Shown here: piece after piece, positions 29,624 through 38,661 of the stretch
Layout: each line of letters opens with the position of its first letter
Numbering within the stretch: position 1 is the first letter of the stretch
Made by a program: the position numbers and the translations under genes
NCBI GenBank assembly: GCA_963850305.1
Contig: CAWKKR010000008.1
Span: forward strand, 1,696,001 to 1,760,000
Origin: an uncultured delta proteobacterium
GTDB lineage: Bacteria > Myxococcota_A > Polyangia > Polyangiales > Polyangiaceae
Length of the DNA: 64,000 nt
Direction: 5' to 3'
Notes under the pieces: generated by a model
Database searches by the model: none
Seen by the model: the letters and a program-made list of their open reading frames with translations, nothing else
What the model was told of the DNA's origin: nothing

Positions 29624-30685
29624 ATGCGCACGCTGATTCTCGCCGCCGGTCGGTTCGGCGACGCCATGCGCGAGGCGGTTCGCGCCGGTCGCGAGCCACG
29701 ACTGGACGTATTCGAGATCGCCGCCCGGCTCGGAGCTGATGTGATCGACTACCGCGACGCCGATGCGTCCAGCCTGCAAGGGGTGCGCCTCGTCGCGCGC
29801 GCGCTCGGGGCATCGGCCGCGGTGGCCTTTCTCGGTTACCTCGAGCGGGCGCGCTACGACGCCATCCTGACCACCGGTGAAGACATCGGCTTGCCGCTCG
29901 CGTCGCTGCTCAAGACCACCAGCGCGAGGTGCTCCCACACCATGATCGCGCACACGCTCGCTCCGACGAAGAAGAGGGTGTTCTTTCAGTATTTGCGCGT
30001 GGAAGACAGGATCGATCGGATTCTCGCGTACTCGACGTCGGAGGAATCGAACATGATCGGCCGCCTCGGCATTCCGAGACGCAAGGTGGAGCGGATCTAC
30101 TTTCACGCAGACCAGCAATTTTTCAATCCCAGCGCGGAGGTTGTCGAGCCGGATTTGATCTGTGCCGCGGGGCAGTTGCTCCGCGACTATGACTGTCTCA
30201 TCGACGCCGTGCGCGGTCTTCCCGTCAAGGTTCAGATCGCGGCCGGCAGTCCGTGGATCGCGCGACCGCTGAAGCCGCGCGCGGCACTGCCTTCGAACGT
30301 CAACTGGGGCCGCCTCGGGCGCTCGGACCTCCGAAAGCTATACGGTCGGTCCGCGCTCGCCGTGGTGCCCATTCTCGAGAACGACTACCAGACGGGCATC
30401 GCGACCATCCTCGAGATGATGTCCATGGGTAAGTGCGTCATCGCCACCCGTACGCGCGGTCAGACCGACACGATCATCGACGGCCAGACGGGCGTGTACG
30501 TGCCGCCCAGTGATCCCGTTGCTCTCCGCTCGGCCATCACGCGGATGCTTGCGGCGCCGGCGGATGCCGCGCGGTTAGGAGCGGCCGCGCGACGCTTCGT
30601 GGAAGAACATGCCAGCCTGGACCGCTTCGTCGAACGGATCGTCGCTGCGGTCCGCGAAGGTCATGCCACCCGATTCGCCGCCTGA
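29624..30685 (+). CDS. Glycosyltransferase family 4
   Basis: AAGQLLRDY, TGIATILEMMSMGKCVIAT, TGVYVPPSDP. Confidence 0.88.
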   Translation: MRTLILAAGRFGDAMREAVRAGREPRLDVFEIAARLGADVIDYRDADASSLQGVRLVARALGASAAVAFLGYLERARYDAILTTGEDIGLPLASLLKTTSARCSHTMIAHTLAPTKKRVFFQYLRVEDRIDRILAYSTSEESNMIGRLGIPRRKVERIYFHADQQFFNPSAEVVEPDLICAAGQLLRDYDCLIDAVRGLPVKVQIAAGSPWIARPLKPRAALPSNVNWGRLGRSDLRKLYGRSALAVVPILENDYQTGIATILEMMSMGKCVIATRTRGQTDTIIDGQTGVYVPPSDPVALRSAITRMLAAPADAARLGAAARRFVEEHASLDRFVERIVAAVREGHATRFAA

Positions 30686-32831
30686 GTTTTTCGCCGCGGC
30701 CCGCTTGCTTCGAGCGCGGGACCATCTCGGTGCTCTCGGATTACGCGCCTCGCTGCTGTCCGGCGTGGCGCTGGCGTGCACGGTATTCGGTTGTCGGCGG
30801 ACGGCGGCGCCTCCGCCTGTCTCCGTCGTGCCGATGCACCGGGTTCGCACTCGCGTCACGATCGCGAATGTCGTCTACGATGGGAACCTCGGCGACGGTT
30901 GGTCCGATTGGGGTTGGGGGCCGCACGACCTGAAACAGGGAGCACCAGCGCGAGTGTCGTTCGACGGTTTCGGTGGCATCATCCTGCATCATGACGAACT
31001 CCCCTCGCAGTTCGGGGGCTTGTCGTTTCGATTCCGCGCGCCTCCTGGCTACGGAGACTTCCTTCAGGTCTCTCTTCAGTACAAGCAGGTCGATGAGGAG
31101 AAGCTACCGCTCGTGCCGATCGAGCCGCGACACATCGCGCTGCTCGATGGTGGTTGGAGTGAAGTGCTCGTCCCCTGGGCGGCGCTGGACCCAGATGGTT
31201 CCCCGTTCGACCGCATCCAGATCAGCGCGCGACTCAGCACGCCGCCGGGCATGGTCGAACTCGATCACATCGTGCTGACGAAGGCAGACGCGACCTCCTC
31301 CGTTCCCACGACGAGCCTTTCGCCCGCGACTCCCGTCCACCTTTACGTCGACTGCGGCAAGCCGGTAACGCGCATAAGCCCTCTCGTCTACGGGGTCGCG
31401 GGCGGCTCCTGGGCACTGGGTTCACCAGCGCGGCGCTTGGGCGGAAACCCGATGACCCGCCTGAACTGGGACATCGGAAACGCATGGAACACCGGGAGCG
31501 ACTGGTTTTTCGAGAACGTGCAAGGTTCCACCACGACGCTGTCGCAATGGATCGACGACGACGTGGCGCACGGAGTGAAGACAGCGCTGGTCGTTCCTAT
31601 GATCGGGTGGGTAGCGAAGGATACGACGTCGGTCGGGTTCCCCGTGTCGGAGCTTCCACCGCAGCAGAAGCACGACCAATACAGACCCGAAGCCGGCGAC
31701 GGCATCCGCGCCGACGGCTCGCCGATGTCCCCGCTCCCGCCCACCCAGACGAGCGTTGCGGTTCCGCCGGAAGTCGTACGCCGGTGGATCGAGACGGTTC
31801 GAGATCACGACCGCGCGCGGGGCAAGCGCGGCGTCGACGAGTACATCCTCGACAACGAGCCGAATCTCTGGAGTACGACTCACCGCGACGTTCACCCCTC
31901 GCCGCTCACGTACGACGAGCTTCTCGATCGCACCATTCAATACGGGAGTGCCATCAGAAAAGCCGACCCCGATGCCGTCATCGCCGGGCCCGCGGCGTGG
32001 GGATGGTCGGCGTACTTTTACTCCGCAAAGGATCTGGTCGACCATCACTCCGACCAGCGGGCGCACGACGGGGTTCCGCTCCTTTCTTGGTATCTGAAGA
32101 AGCTGTCCGACCACGAGCGTCGCACTGGCACACGCATTCTCGACGTGCTGGACGTGCACTTCTATCCTCAGGCGCCGCACGTCTACGGCGGCGACGCGGC
32201 AACGGATCCCGCGACTGCGGCGCTTCGCATCCGATCGACGCGGTCGCTCTGGGATCCGACATATCACGACGAGTCGTGGATCGACGACTCCGTGAACCTG
32301 ATCCCGAGACTGAAAGCCCTCATTGCGGAGAACTACCCCGGTCGCGGTATATCCATCGGCGAGTGGAGCTTCGGCGCAGATGATCACATCAGCGGCGCGC
32401 TCGCGATCGCCGAGGCCCTCGGCCGGTTCGGGCAAGAGGGGATCACCTCGGCCTATTATTGGACGGGGCCAGCGGCGGGGACGCCGGGATTCTTCGCGTT
32501 TCGGGCGTTCCGTAACTACGACGGCAATGGCGGCCAATTCCTCGACTGGTCGATCCCCGCTCGCGGCACGGACGGGGTGTCCGTGTTCGCTTCACGGGAC
32601 GACTCGCGTACGCACGTCGTCGCGATCCTCCTCAACGAAGATCCTACGCGCGCCGTCCAGGCGGACGTCGACGTGACGTCGTGTGGACCCGTGGCATCGA
32701 AGCGAGTCTTCTCGTATGACGGCGATGGCCCAGGATTCAGGACCAAGACCAACTCGGCAACGAACGTCTCGGAGCGCCTGGCGCCCTATTCGATCAACGT
32801 CGTCGAGCTCACCCTCGCAAAAAAACCCTGA
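30663..32831 (+). CDS. Glycoside hydrolase family 44 with N-terminal CBM-like domain, probable lipoprotein (EpsB-like); start uncertain
   Basis: ISPLVYG, RLGGNPMTRLNW, LDNEPNLWSTTHRDVHP, LDVHFYPQ, RSTRSLWDPTY, IGEW, AFRAFRNYDG. Confidence 0.88.
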   Translation: MPPDSPPEFFAAARLLRARDHLGALGLRASLLSGVALACTVFGCRRTAAPPPVSVVPMHRVRTRVTIANVVYDGNLGDGWSDWGWGPHDLKQGAPARVSFDGFGGIILHHDELPSQFGGLSFRFRAPPGYGDFLQVSLQYKQVDEEKLPLVPIEPRHIALLDGGWSEVLVPWAALDPDGSPFDRIQISARLSTPPGMVELDHIVLTKADATSSVPTTSLSPATPVHLYVDCGKPVTRISPLVYGVAGGSWALGSPARRLGGNPMTRLNWDIGNAWNTGSDWFFENVQGSTTTLSQWIDDDVAHGVKTALVVPMIGWVAKDTTSVGFPVSELPPQQKHDQYRPEAGDGIRADGSPMSPLPPTQTSVAVPPEVVRRWIETVRDHDRARGKRGVDEYILDNEPNLWSTTHRDVHPSPLTYDELLDRTIQYGSAIRKADPDAVIAGPAAWGWSAYFYSAKDLVDHHSDQRAHDGVPLLSWYLKKLSDHERRTGTRILDVLDVHFYPQAPHVYGGDAATDPATAALRIRSTRSLWDPTYHDESWIDDSVNLIPRLKALIAENYPGRGISIGEWSFGADDHISGALAIAEALGRFGQEGITSAYYWTGPAAGTPGFFAFRAFRNYDGNGGQFLDWSIPARGTDGVSVFASRDDSRTHVVAILLNEDPTRAVQADVDVTSCGPVASKRVFSYDGDGPGFRTKTNSATNVSERLAPYSINVVELTLAKKP

Positions 32832-32898
32832 CCCCCGGAGATTGCCCCGGTCGACCCGCGTTTCGCCCCGACCCCTGACCCCCGGGTCCCAATAACCG

Positions 32899-33423
32899 TC
32901 ACCGCTTCTGGACGGTCGCCGAGGACGCCACTCCCTTCAGGTCCCCGTGGAAGACCGCGGATCCAAGGAAATGTGCGGCTCCGATCTTGTCGACGGTCTT
33001 CTTGGCCTCGGTGGAAGCCATCACGTCCATCAGGACGCAGAGCACCGCGGCGTCGGATGCTTGGGCGAGAGACACGGAAATCGGATTTTCGACCATCGGC
33101 GCGAGCGCAACGAGCACCAACTCGCCATCCTGCTTCAGGCGCTTCAGTTCCTCCGAGAATTGCATCAGGTGAACCAGCGGAATGGCCGTCGCGTCTGCGA
33201 CTTGCACCGGCGTACCGAGATGCATGATCCCGATCCGCGCAAGCGTTACCGCGACCGTGAGCGAGAAGTCTGGCGGCGCGCCAGCCCCGGCCGGGACGAT
33301 CGCCAGCGACGACCAGGCGTGTCGTTGCAGCGTCAGCCAGAGCTTCTGCCAATCCACGTCGCGCCAAGGCTCGTCCTTCTCCGCGCGCACCGCGAGCGGG
33401 GCGTCAACCCGTTTGAGCGACAT
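32899..33423 (-). CDS. Stand-alone degenerate BY-kinase/CapB-like protein
   Basis: Short alpha/beta protein WQKLW..WSSLAIVPAG, LAQASDAAVLCV, FLGSAV resembling the CapB fold without a Walker A lysine; EPS context. Confidence 0.5.
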   Translation of the reverse strand: MSLKRVDAPLAVRAEKDEPWRDVDWQKLWLTLQRHAWSSLAIVPAGAGAPPDFSLTVAVTLARIGIMHLGTPVQVADATAIPLVHLMQFSEELKRLKQDGELVLVALAPMVENPISVSLAQASDAAVLCVLMDVMASTEAKKTVDKIGAAHFLGSAVFHGDLKGVASSATVQKR

Positions 33424-33815
33424 CGTGGCTTTCTTGGAACTTGGTGCCCAAACGTCTAGAAGGACCTGGGCGACCCCAGCTAGCGATCCTCACCGAGTCT
33501 GGAACATGTCGCCAGAAAAACGAGGTATCGGGTCGGACATGAGCGCGACCGAGCATCGTAAGACGAGGTTCCCTCGGGGGTAAAGGGTCATGGTCGCAGA
33601 ATTTCCGTCCGAATGAGTCGAGGGAACGGTCGTTCGCGCGGGCCAGGGTTCGACAAGCCCGGGCATTCTCGCTGGATCACCGTGATGCGCGGGGGCAAGA
33701 TGGCCCGAGTGGAGCGCACGACGCGCTGGGCCGGACGAAGATGGACGGACAGCCCGCCGGGTCGCGATCTGAAATGCACAGGAGCGGTGTTGACAGTGCT
33801 CGAGCTTTTCGCCTC

Positions 33816-36473
33816 ATGCGCAGCGGCCTCTTCGTCTGGCTCGCCATCGCCGTCGTCTTTGGGCTGGGTGCGCTGGCGATGCCGCGCGTGTACGAGTCGG
33901 TCGCGATTCTGGAGGTGTCGCACGGTTCTGAAAATGCCAGCGCGCCAACCGTGAGCGATCGCGTCGAGCGCGAGATTCGCGCCGTCGTCGATCAACCGAG
34001 AGTAGTTGCCGATCTTGCCGGGCGGCTCGGCCCGCACCCGTCCAAGGATGCGGTTGCCAGCGCGGGCGAGTCGATTCGAATCCGAGCGCGATCGGCACGG
34101 ACGTTCGAGATCGCATACAGGGCCTCGGACCCGGAGCTTGCCCGCAGCGGCTGCCGGGCGCTTTTGGACGCGGTGCTCGAGGCGTTTCCCGAGCACCCCG
34201 CCGGCGACACGAAGTCCGAGAACCCCCGGGCGATCCTCGAACGAAGGACCAAGGAGCTAACCGACTTCGTCGTTCAGCATCCAGACGCGGTGGTCCAGCG
34301 TCCGGCGCAAGCGGCCGCGCCTCAGGTCACGCCGCCCGATCCGGGCGGCAGCATCCTCCGCCAAGAGAAAGCCCGCGTCGAAGCCGCGATCGCCGCTGCG
34401 GAACAGAACGCCAAAGCGCCCATCTCTCGCGACAACCCGTACGAGGACGTTCCGCCGGCACCGGACATCGGCGCTCTGAAGCGACGTCTTTCCGAAATCC
34501 GCACCGCCATCGCCGCGCGAGAACGAGCGATGGCGGCGAGTGCGCCCAGCCTTCCGGATCATTCGATAGAAGACAAATGGCGCGAGCTGGTTCGCGCCGT
34601 GGCAGATGCGCAGCGCGCTGCGTTCAGCGAGCCCGTCAGTCCCCCAGTCCGCCTCGTTGCCCGCGTCGTCGAGCCCGCGTCGGTCCCGTCGACACCGGTC
34701 GAGTCCTGGCGGGGGCCGGTCGCCTTCGTCGGTGTCGTTCTCGGGTTGGTCGCGGGGACACTCTTCGCATTTTTTCGTGCGCTCGGGGATTGGCGAGAAA
34801 GCCGCGGCAGCGACCGCCCACGCGCCGCCAGCGACCCTGCGCCGATCGCCATCTCGGGAACCGCAGATGCGCCGACCGAGCAGCCGCCCACCGTGGTCGT
34901 GAAGAGCGCCAATCCGTCCAGTCCCGTTCGCCCTCGCAGCTCTCCTCCACCGCTTCCCCCCAGTGAACGCCAGCAGCTGGCAACCGACGTGACCATCCCG
35001 AGGCCACCGCCGGTACCATCGTTCGGCCCGGGGCAAACTCAAATTGGGATTGTCGATCCGGCTTTGTTTTCGAGAAGTGGGTCCGCGGCGCCCACCGGGG
35101 TCCGCGTCGAACCGCGACCGATCGTGAGCGTCATTGGGGAGCGACGCTCGGTGCCGCCCGCGCGAAGTTCATCGAACCCACCGCGCCCTGCGGCCAAGCG
35201 CGTTTCGTCGAACCCGCCCGCGGGCGCAGCGAAGGTTTCGTCCAAGCCGCCCCGCCCTGCGCCGGACCGTTCGTCGCCGCTCCCTGCGCCTCCGGACGCA
35301 GGCGGTTCCGTTCGAACGGCGCGGCCGGCGGGCGCGGACGTCGAGAGACGCACGACGTCCCTTCCTCCTCGCCCCGAGTCCGGCAATCCGGCATCACCAG
35401 CTCCGCCCCGCCCGAGTACGGGTCGCCCGCGCATGGATTCGCCGCCTCTCGTCCGGCCGTCGACATCGCCGCGAGTGGCGACCCCAATCGGCATGCCGCG
35501 CCCGAGTGTTCCCATTCAAGATGAATCACCCCCAACGACTCGCCGTCTCGGTTCTCCGGGTGACCTGGTCGCTCGAGGCGCCGGCAGCGCGCCATCGAAG
35601 GGCAAAACGCTCGCCGTGTATCGTCCCGACACGAGTTACAGTTTCGTCGATTCGGAAGCGTCGCGCAGGCGGTCCGAGCGCACCGCGTCTCCCTCTCCAT
35701 TGCCGGAGCGACCAGGTCTCACCCAGCCGGGGTTTCGGCGTCCGAGTCCGCCCGGTCTCGTTTCCGACGTCGAGCGTCAGTCGCGCCGTCCGGATTCGCG
35801 CGAAGACGAGATTGTTGCTCCCCGATCCGCGCCGCCCACATGGCGGCTCGGCCCTGCCATCACGGAAGACGACGATCGCGGACAATTGAGCGCGCTCTGC
35901 GACCAGGTTCTGTCGCTTGCACGACAGCGATGCTTCGTGGTCGGCGTTACCAGCGAGCGATCGCTGAACGGTGCAAAATCGCGCGTCGCGGCGCGGCTTG
36001 CCGCGATGCTCGCCAGCGACGGACGTGCGCGCGTTCTCCTGCTCGAGGCGGACTTCGATTACCCCGCCGTGCAGCGGCTCATGGCGATCGACATGCCCCA
36101 CGCATCCGGATTTTCGCAGCAGATGCGAACACGCATCAAGACCGGGCAGCATCACCCCTGGGTCGTGGTTCGTTGCTCGCCTAGCTTGCACGTGCTCGGC
36201 GAAGGCGTGGTGAGGTCGCCGGGCATCCTCTTTTCACAGGAATTCTCCGAAGCCATCGCCGAGCTCCGGCGTTGCTACGACGTAATCGTTGCGGACGGTC
36301 CCGTGACCGGGATTGGGGCCGAACACCGTCCGCTCGACGCCGCGTCGGATGGTGTCGTCTTCGTCATTCCCAAGGACGCCCCGCTCGGCGAGGGGCTCGA
36401 TCGCGCGTCGAAGTGGTTCAACAGGAAGGAGCTCATGGCCGCCGTTCCTGCGGAAATTCCGGCCGCGAGCTGA
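33816..36473 (+). CDS. Wzc-like protein with long Pro/Ser/Arg-rich cytoplasmic linker and degenerate CapB-type kinase domain; start may be 33741 or 33774
   Basis: TM1, FEIAYRASDPELA, coiled coil, TM2; C-terminal VVGVTS..GAKS, LLLEADF, YDVIVADGP. Confidence 0.75.
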   Translation: MRSGLFVWLAIAVVFGLGALAMPRVYESVAILEVSHGSENASAPTVSDRVEREIRAVVDQPRVVADLAGRLGPHPSKDAVASAGESIRIRARSARTFEIAYRASDPELARSGCRALLDAVLEAFPEHPAGDTKSENPRAILERRTKELTDFVVQHPDAVVQRPAQAAAPQVTPPDPGGSILRQEKARVEAAIAAAEQNAKAPISRDNPYEDVPPAPDIGALKRRLSEIRTAIAARERAMAASAPSLPDHSIEDKWRELVRAVADAQRAAFSEPVSPPVRLVARVVEPASVPSTPVESWRGPVAFVGVVLGLVAGTLFAFFRALGDWRESRGSDRPRAASDPAPIAISGTADAPTEQPPTVVVKSANPSSPVRPRSSPPPLPPSERQQLATDVTIPRPPPVPSFGPGQTQIGIVDPALFSRSGSAAPTGVRVEPRPIVSVIGERRSVPPARSSSNPPRPAAKRVSSNPPAGAAKVSSKPPRPAPDRSSPLPAPPDAGGSVRTARPAGADVERRTTSLPPRPESGNPASPAPPRPSTGRPRMDSPPLVRPSTSPRVATPIGMPRPSVPIQDESPPTTRRLGSPGDLVARGAGSAPSKGKTLAVYRPDTSYSFVDSEASRRRSERTASPSPLPERPGLTQPGFRRPSPPGLVSDVERQSRRPDSREDEIVAPRSAPPTWRLGPAITEDDDRGQLSALCDQVLSLARQRCFVVGVTSERSLNGAKSRVAARLAAMLASDGRARVLLLEADFDYPAVQRLMAIDMPHASGFSQQMRTRIKTGQHHPWVVVRCSPSLHVLGEGVVRSPGILFSQEFSEAIAELRRCYDVIVADGPVTGIGAEHRPLDAASDGVVFVIPKDAPLGEGLDRASKWFNRKELMAAVPAEIPAAS

Positions 36474-36528
36474 GTAGCCCGTTAGTAGCCCTTGGCTGCC
36501 GTCGCCTGCGCGGAGTACCTATGAGAGC

Positions 36529-37404
36529 ATGGAGAAAATTGCCATCGTCGGCGCCGGCCAGATGGGCTCGGGCATCGCACAAGTTTCGGCAGCGACGGGG
36601 TTCGACGTCGCTCTGGCGGACACCGATGTCGCGCGGGCGACGTCGGGAAAAGGGAAGATCGCGGCCGCCCTTGCCGGCCAGGTAAAGAAAGGAAAGCTCG
36701 CCGAGGGCGAACGGGAAAACATCCTCGCCCGGATCCGGCCGTCCACCCTCGAGGACGCCGCGAGCGACGCGGACCTCGTCATCGAGGTCGTCACCGAGGA
36801 CCAGGCCGTCAAGCTGGGCGTCTTCGCAGACATGGACCGGTACGCAAAGTCGGGCTCGATCCTCGCTTCCAATACGTCGAGCATCTCGATCACCCGGCTC
36901 GCCGCCGAAACCAGACGCGCGGATCACGTCGTGGGGATGCACTTCATGAACCCGGTGCCGGTCATGAAGCTCGTCGAGATCGTTCAGGGCATCCAGACGT
37001 CCAGAGAGACGCTCGCGCGGGCAGAAGAGTTCGCCCGAAGGCTGGGCAAGACGCTCATCACGACCAAGGACCAGCCGGGGTTCGTCGTGAATCGCATCCT
37101 CATCTTGCTCTTGAATGAGTCCTGTTTCGCGCTGCAGGAAGGAGTCGCGTCGCTCACGGACATCAATCTAGCGGGCAAGTTCGGACTCAATCATCCCATG
37201 GGGCCCTTCGAGCTCGCGGACCTCATCGGCCTCGATACCGTGCTCTCGATTGCCGAGGTGCTGCATCGCGAGTTCGGGGACGACAAGTATCGGCCGTGCA
37301 CTCTGCTTCGCAATCTCGTGGCTGCCGGCTGGCTCGGGCGGAAATCGCGTCGCGGTTTCTACCTTTACGACGAACACGGGCGCGCTGTGGGCCCCGCCGT
37401 CTGA
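36529..37404 (+). CDS. hbd: 3-hydroxybutyryl-CoA / 3-hydroxyacyl-CoA dehydrogenase
   Basis: GAGQMGSGIA, ASNTSS, GMHFMNPVP, PGFVVNR, HPMGPFELADLIGLD. Confidence 0.9.
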   Translation: MEKIAIVGAGQMGSGIAQVSAATGFDVALADTDVARATSGKGKIAAALAGQVKKGKLAEGERENILARIRPSTLEDAASDADLVIEVVTEDQAVKLGVFADMDRYAKSGSILASNTSSISITRLAAETRRADHVVGMHFMNPVPVMKLVEIVQGIQTSRETLARAEEFARRLGKTLITTKDQPGFVVNRILILLLNESCFALQEGVASLTDINLAGKFGLNHPMGPFELADLIGLDTVLSIAEVLHREFGDDKYRPCTLLRNLVAAGWLGRKSRRGFYLYDEHGRAVGPAV

Positions 37405-37413
37405 GGGCATCTC

Positions 37414-38658
37414 CTATTTACGAACGTCGACGGTCATACCGTCCGTGAGCTCCGCGCTTGCGATCCGGACCACGCGCTCCGTCCCATCCAGCCCGCTCGC
37501 GATCTGAACCGTCGCACCCGCGTCGCGCTCGAGCGTCACGTGAACCAGACGCAGCTTGTCTTCGTCGCCCACCACCGCGACGCGCAGGCCATTCGCGTCG
37601 TTCATGAGTGCGGTGGCCGGCAGCTCCAGTACCCGGTGCGAAATGGGCAGACTCAGGAGGACCTCCGCGTACATCCCCGTCAAGAGCTCGTTCTTCGGGT
37701 TCGGGACGCGGACTTCGGTCGTCATCGTGCGTGTCGCCGGGTCGAGCGCCCCCGCCGCCCGCGAAACCACGCCGGCGAAGGTTCGCCCCGCGAATTCGCG
37801 AAGGGTCACTTTCGCGGGCGCGTTCGCGCGAACGCCTGGCGCCACGTCTTGCGGAACCTGGACCAGCACTCTGACAGGGTCCGTCGAGACGATCCGGAAG
37901 AGCGGGGTTCCGTTGCCCTCCGTCACGAGCGCCCCGCGAGCGATCGAGCGCGAGGCGATGACTCCGTCGAACGGCGCGAGGACGCGCCCGAACGACTTGA
38001 GCTGCAACAGCCGCTCGAGGTTCGCCCTCTGCACGCCAATTCCTGCTTCCGCAGAGCCGACCGTCGCTTCATCCACCAGCGACTGAGCCCGTCGCTGATC
38101 CAAATCCTGCTGCGACGTGAGTCCCTCCGGGGTGAGGACCTTGTACCGAGCCAGGTTCGCCGTGGAGAAGTCGCGGTTTGCCTTGGCCTGATTCAGGCTT
38201 GCCACGGCCTGTGCGAGCGAAGCTCGAGCCTGATCGAGCTCCTCGTCGAGCTCCGGAGTCTCTATCTCGGCGAGAAGCTGTCCCTCCTTGACGCGATCGC
38301 CGATATCGACGACGAACCTTCGGATGTATCCGTTGGCGCGCGGGTAGATGATCGTGTCTTCGAGGGGCTGAATGCTTCCTGGCAGCACGATGCTGCGGTC
38401 GCTCGACAATACCTTCGGCGAGACGACATCCACGCGCAGCGACCGGTGCTCGGCCAAAATAGTGTTCGCCGCCAGCTTCCTTTCTTCCTGGCGCTTCGGG
38501 AGGTAGGCCGACAGGAACGCCGCGAGCGCAAGAGTCCCCCCGATGGCCACCGCAGATGCCACGCCCGCCGTCGTCACCCGGGCGGGTTGTGGCAGCGGAA
38601 AGCCCAGGTCAGCGGGGTCTTCCGGGTCGTCGGCTTCCCGCGAGGAACGCTGATCCAT
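37414..38658 (-). CDS. RND efflux periplasmic adaptor subunit
   Basis: TM anchor, VDIGDRVKEGQLLAEI, APFDGVI, LDPATRTM, LLTGMYAEV. Confidence 0.93.
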   Translation of the reverse strand: MDQRSSREADDPEDPADLGFPLPQPARVTTAGVASAVAIGGTLALAAFLSAYLPKRQEERKLAANTILAEHRSLRVDVVSPKVLSSDRSIVLPGSIQPLEDTIIYPRANGYIRRFVVDIGDRVKEGQLLAEIETPELDEELDQARASLAQAVASLNQAKANRDFSTANLARYKVLTPEGLTSQQDLDQRRAQSLVDEATVGSAEAGIGVQRANLERLLQLKSFGRVLAPFDGVIASRSIARGALVTEGNGTPLFRIVSTDPVRVLVQVPQDVAPGVRANAPAKVTLREFAGRTFAGVVSRAAGALDPATRTMTTEVRVPNPKNELLTGMYAEVLLSLPISHRVLELPATALMNDANGLRVAVVGDEDKLRLVHVTLERDAGATVQIASGLDGTERVVRIASAELTDGMTVDVRK

Positions 38659-38661
38659 CGC

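Noticed and set aside
32826..32890. CCCTGACCCCCGG direct repeat between convergent genes
   Set aside because: Only two short GC-rich copies; too weak to call an element
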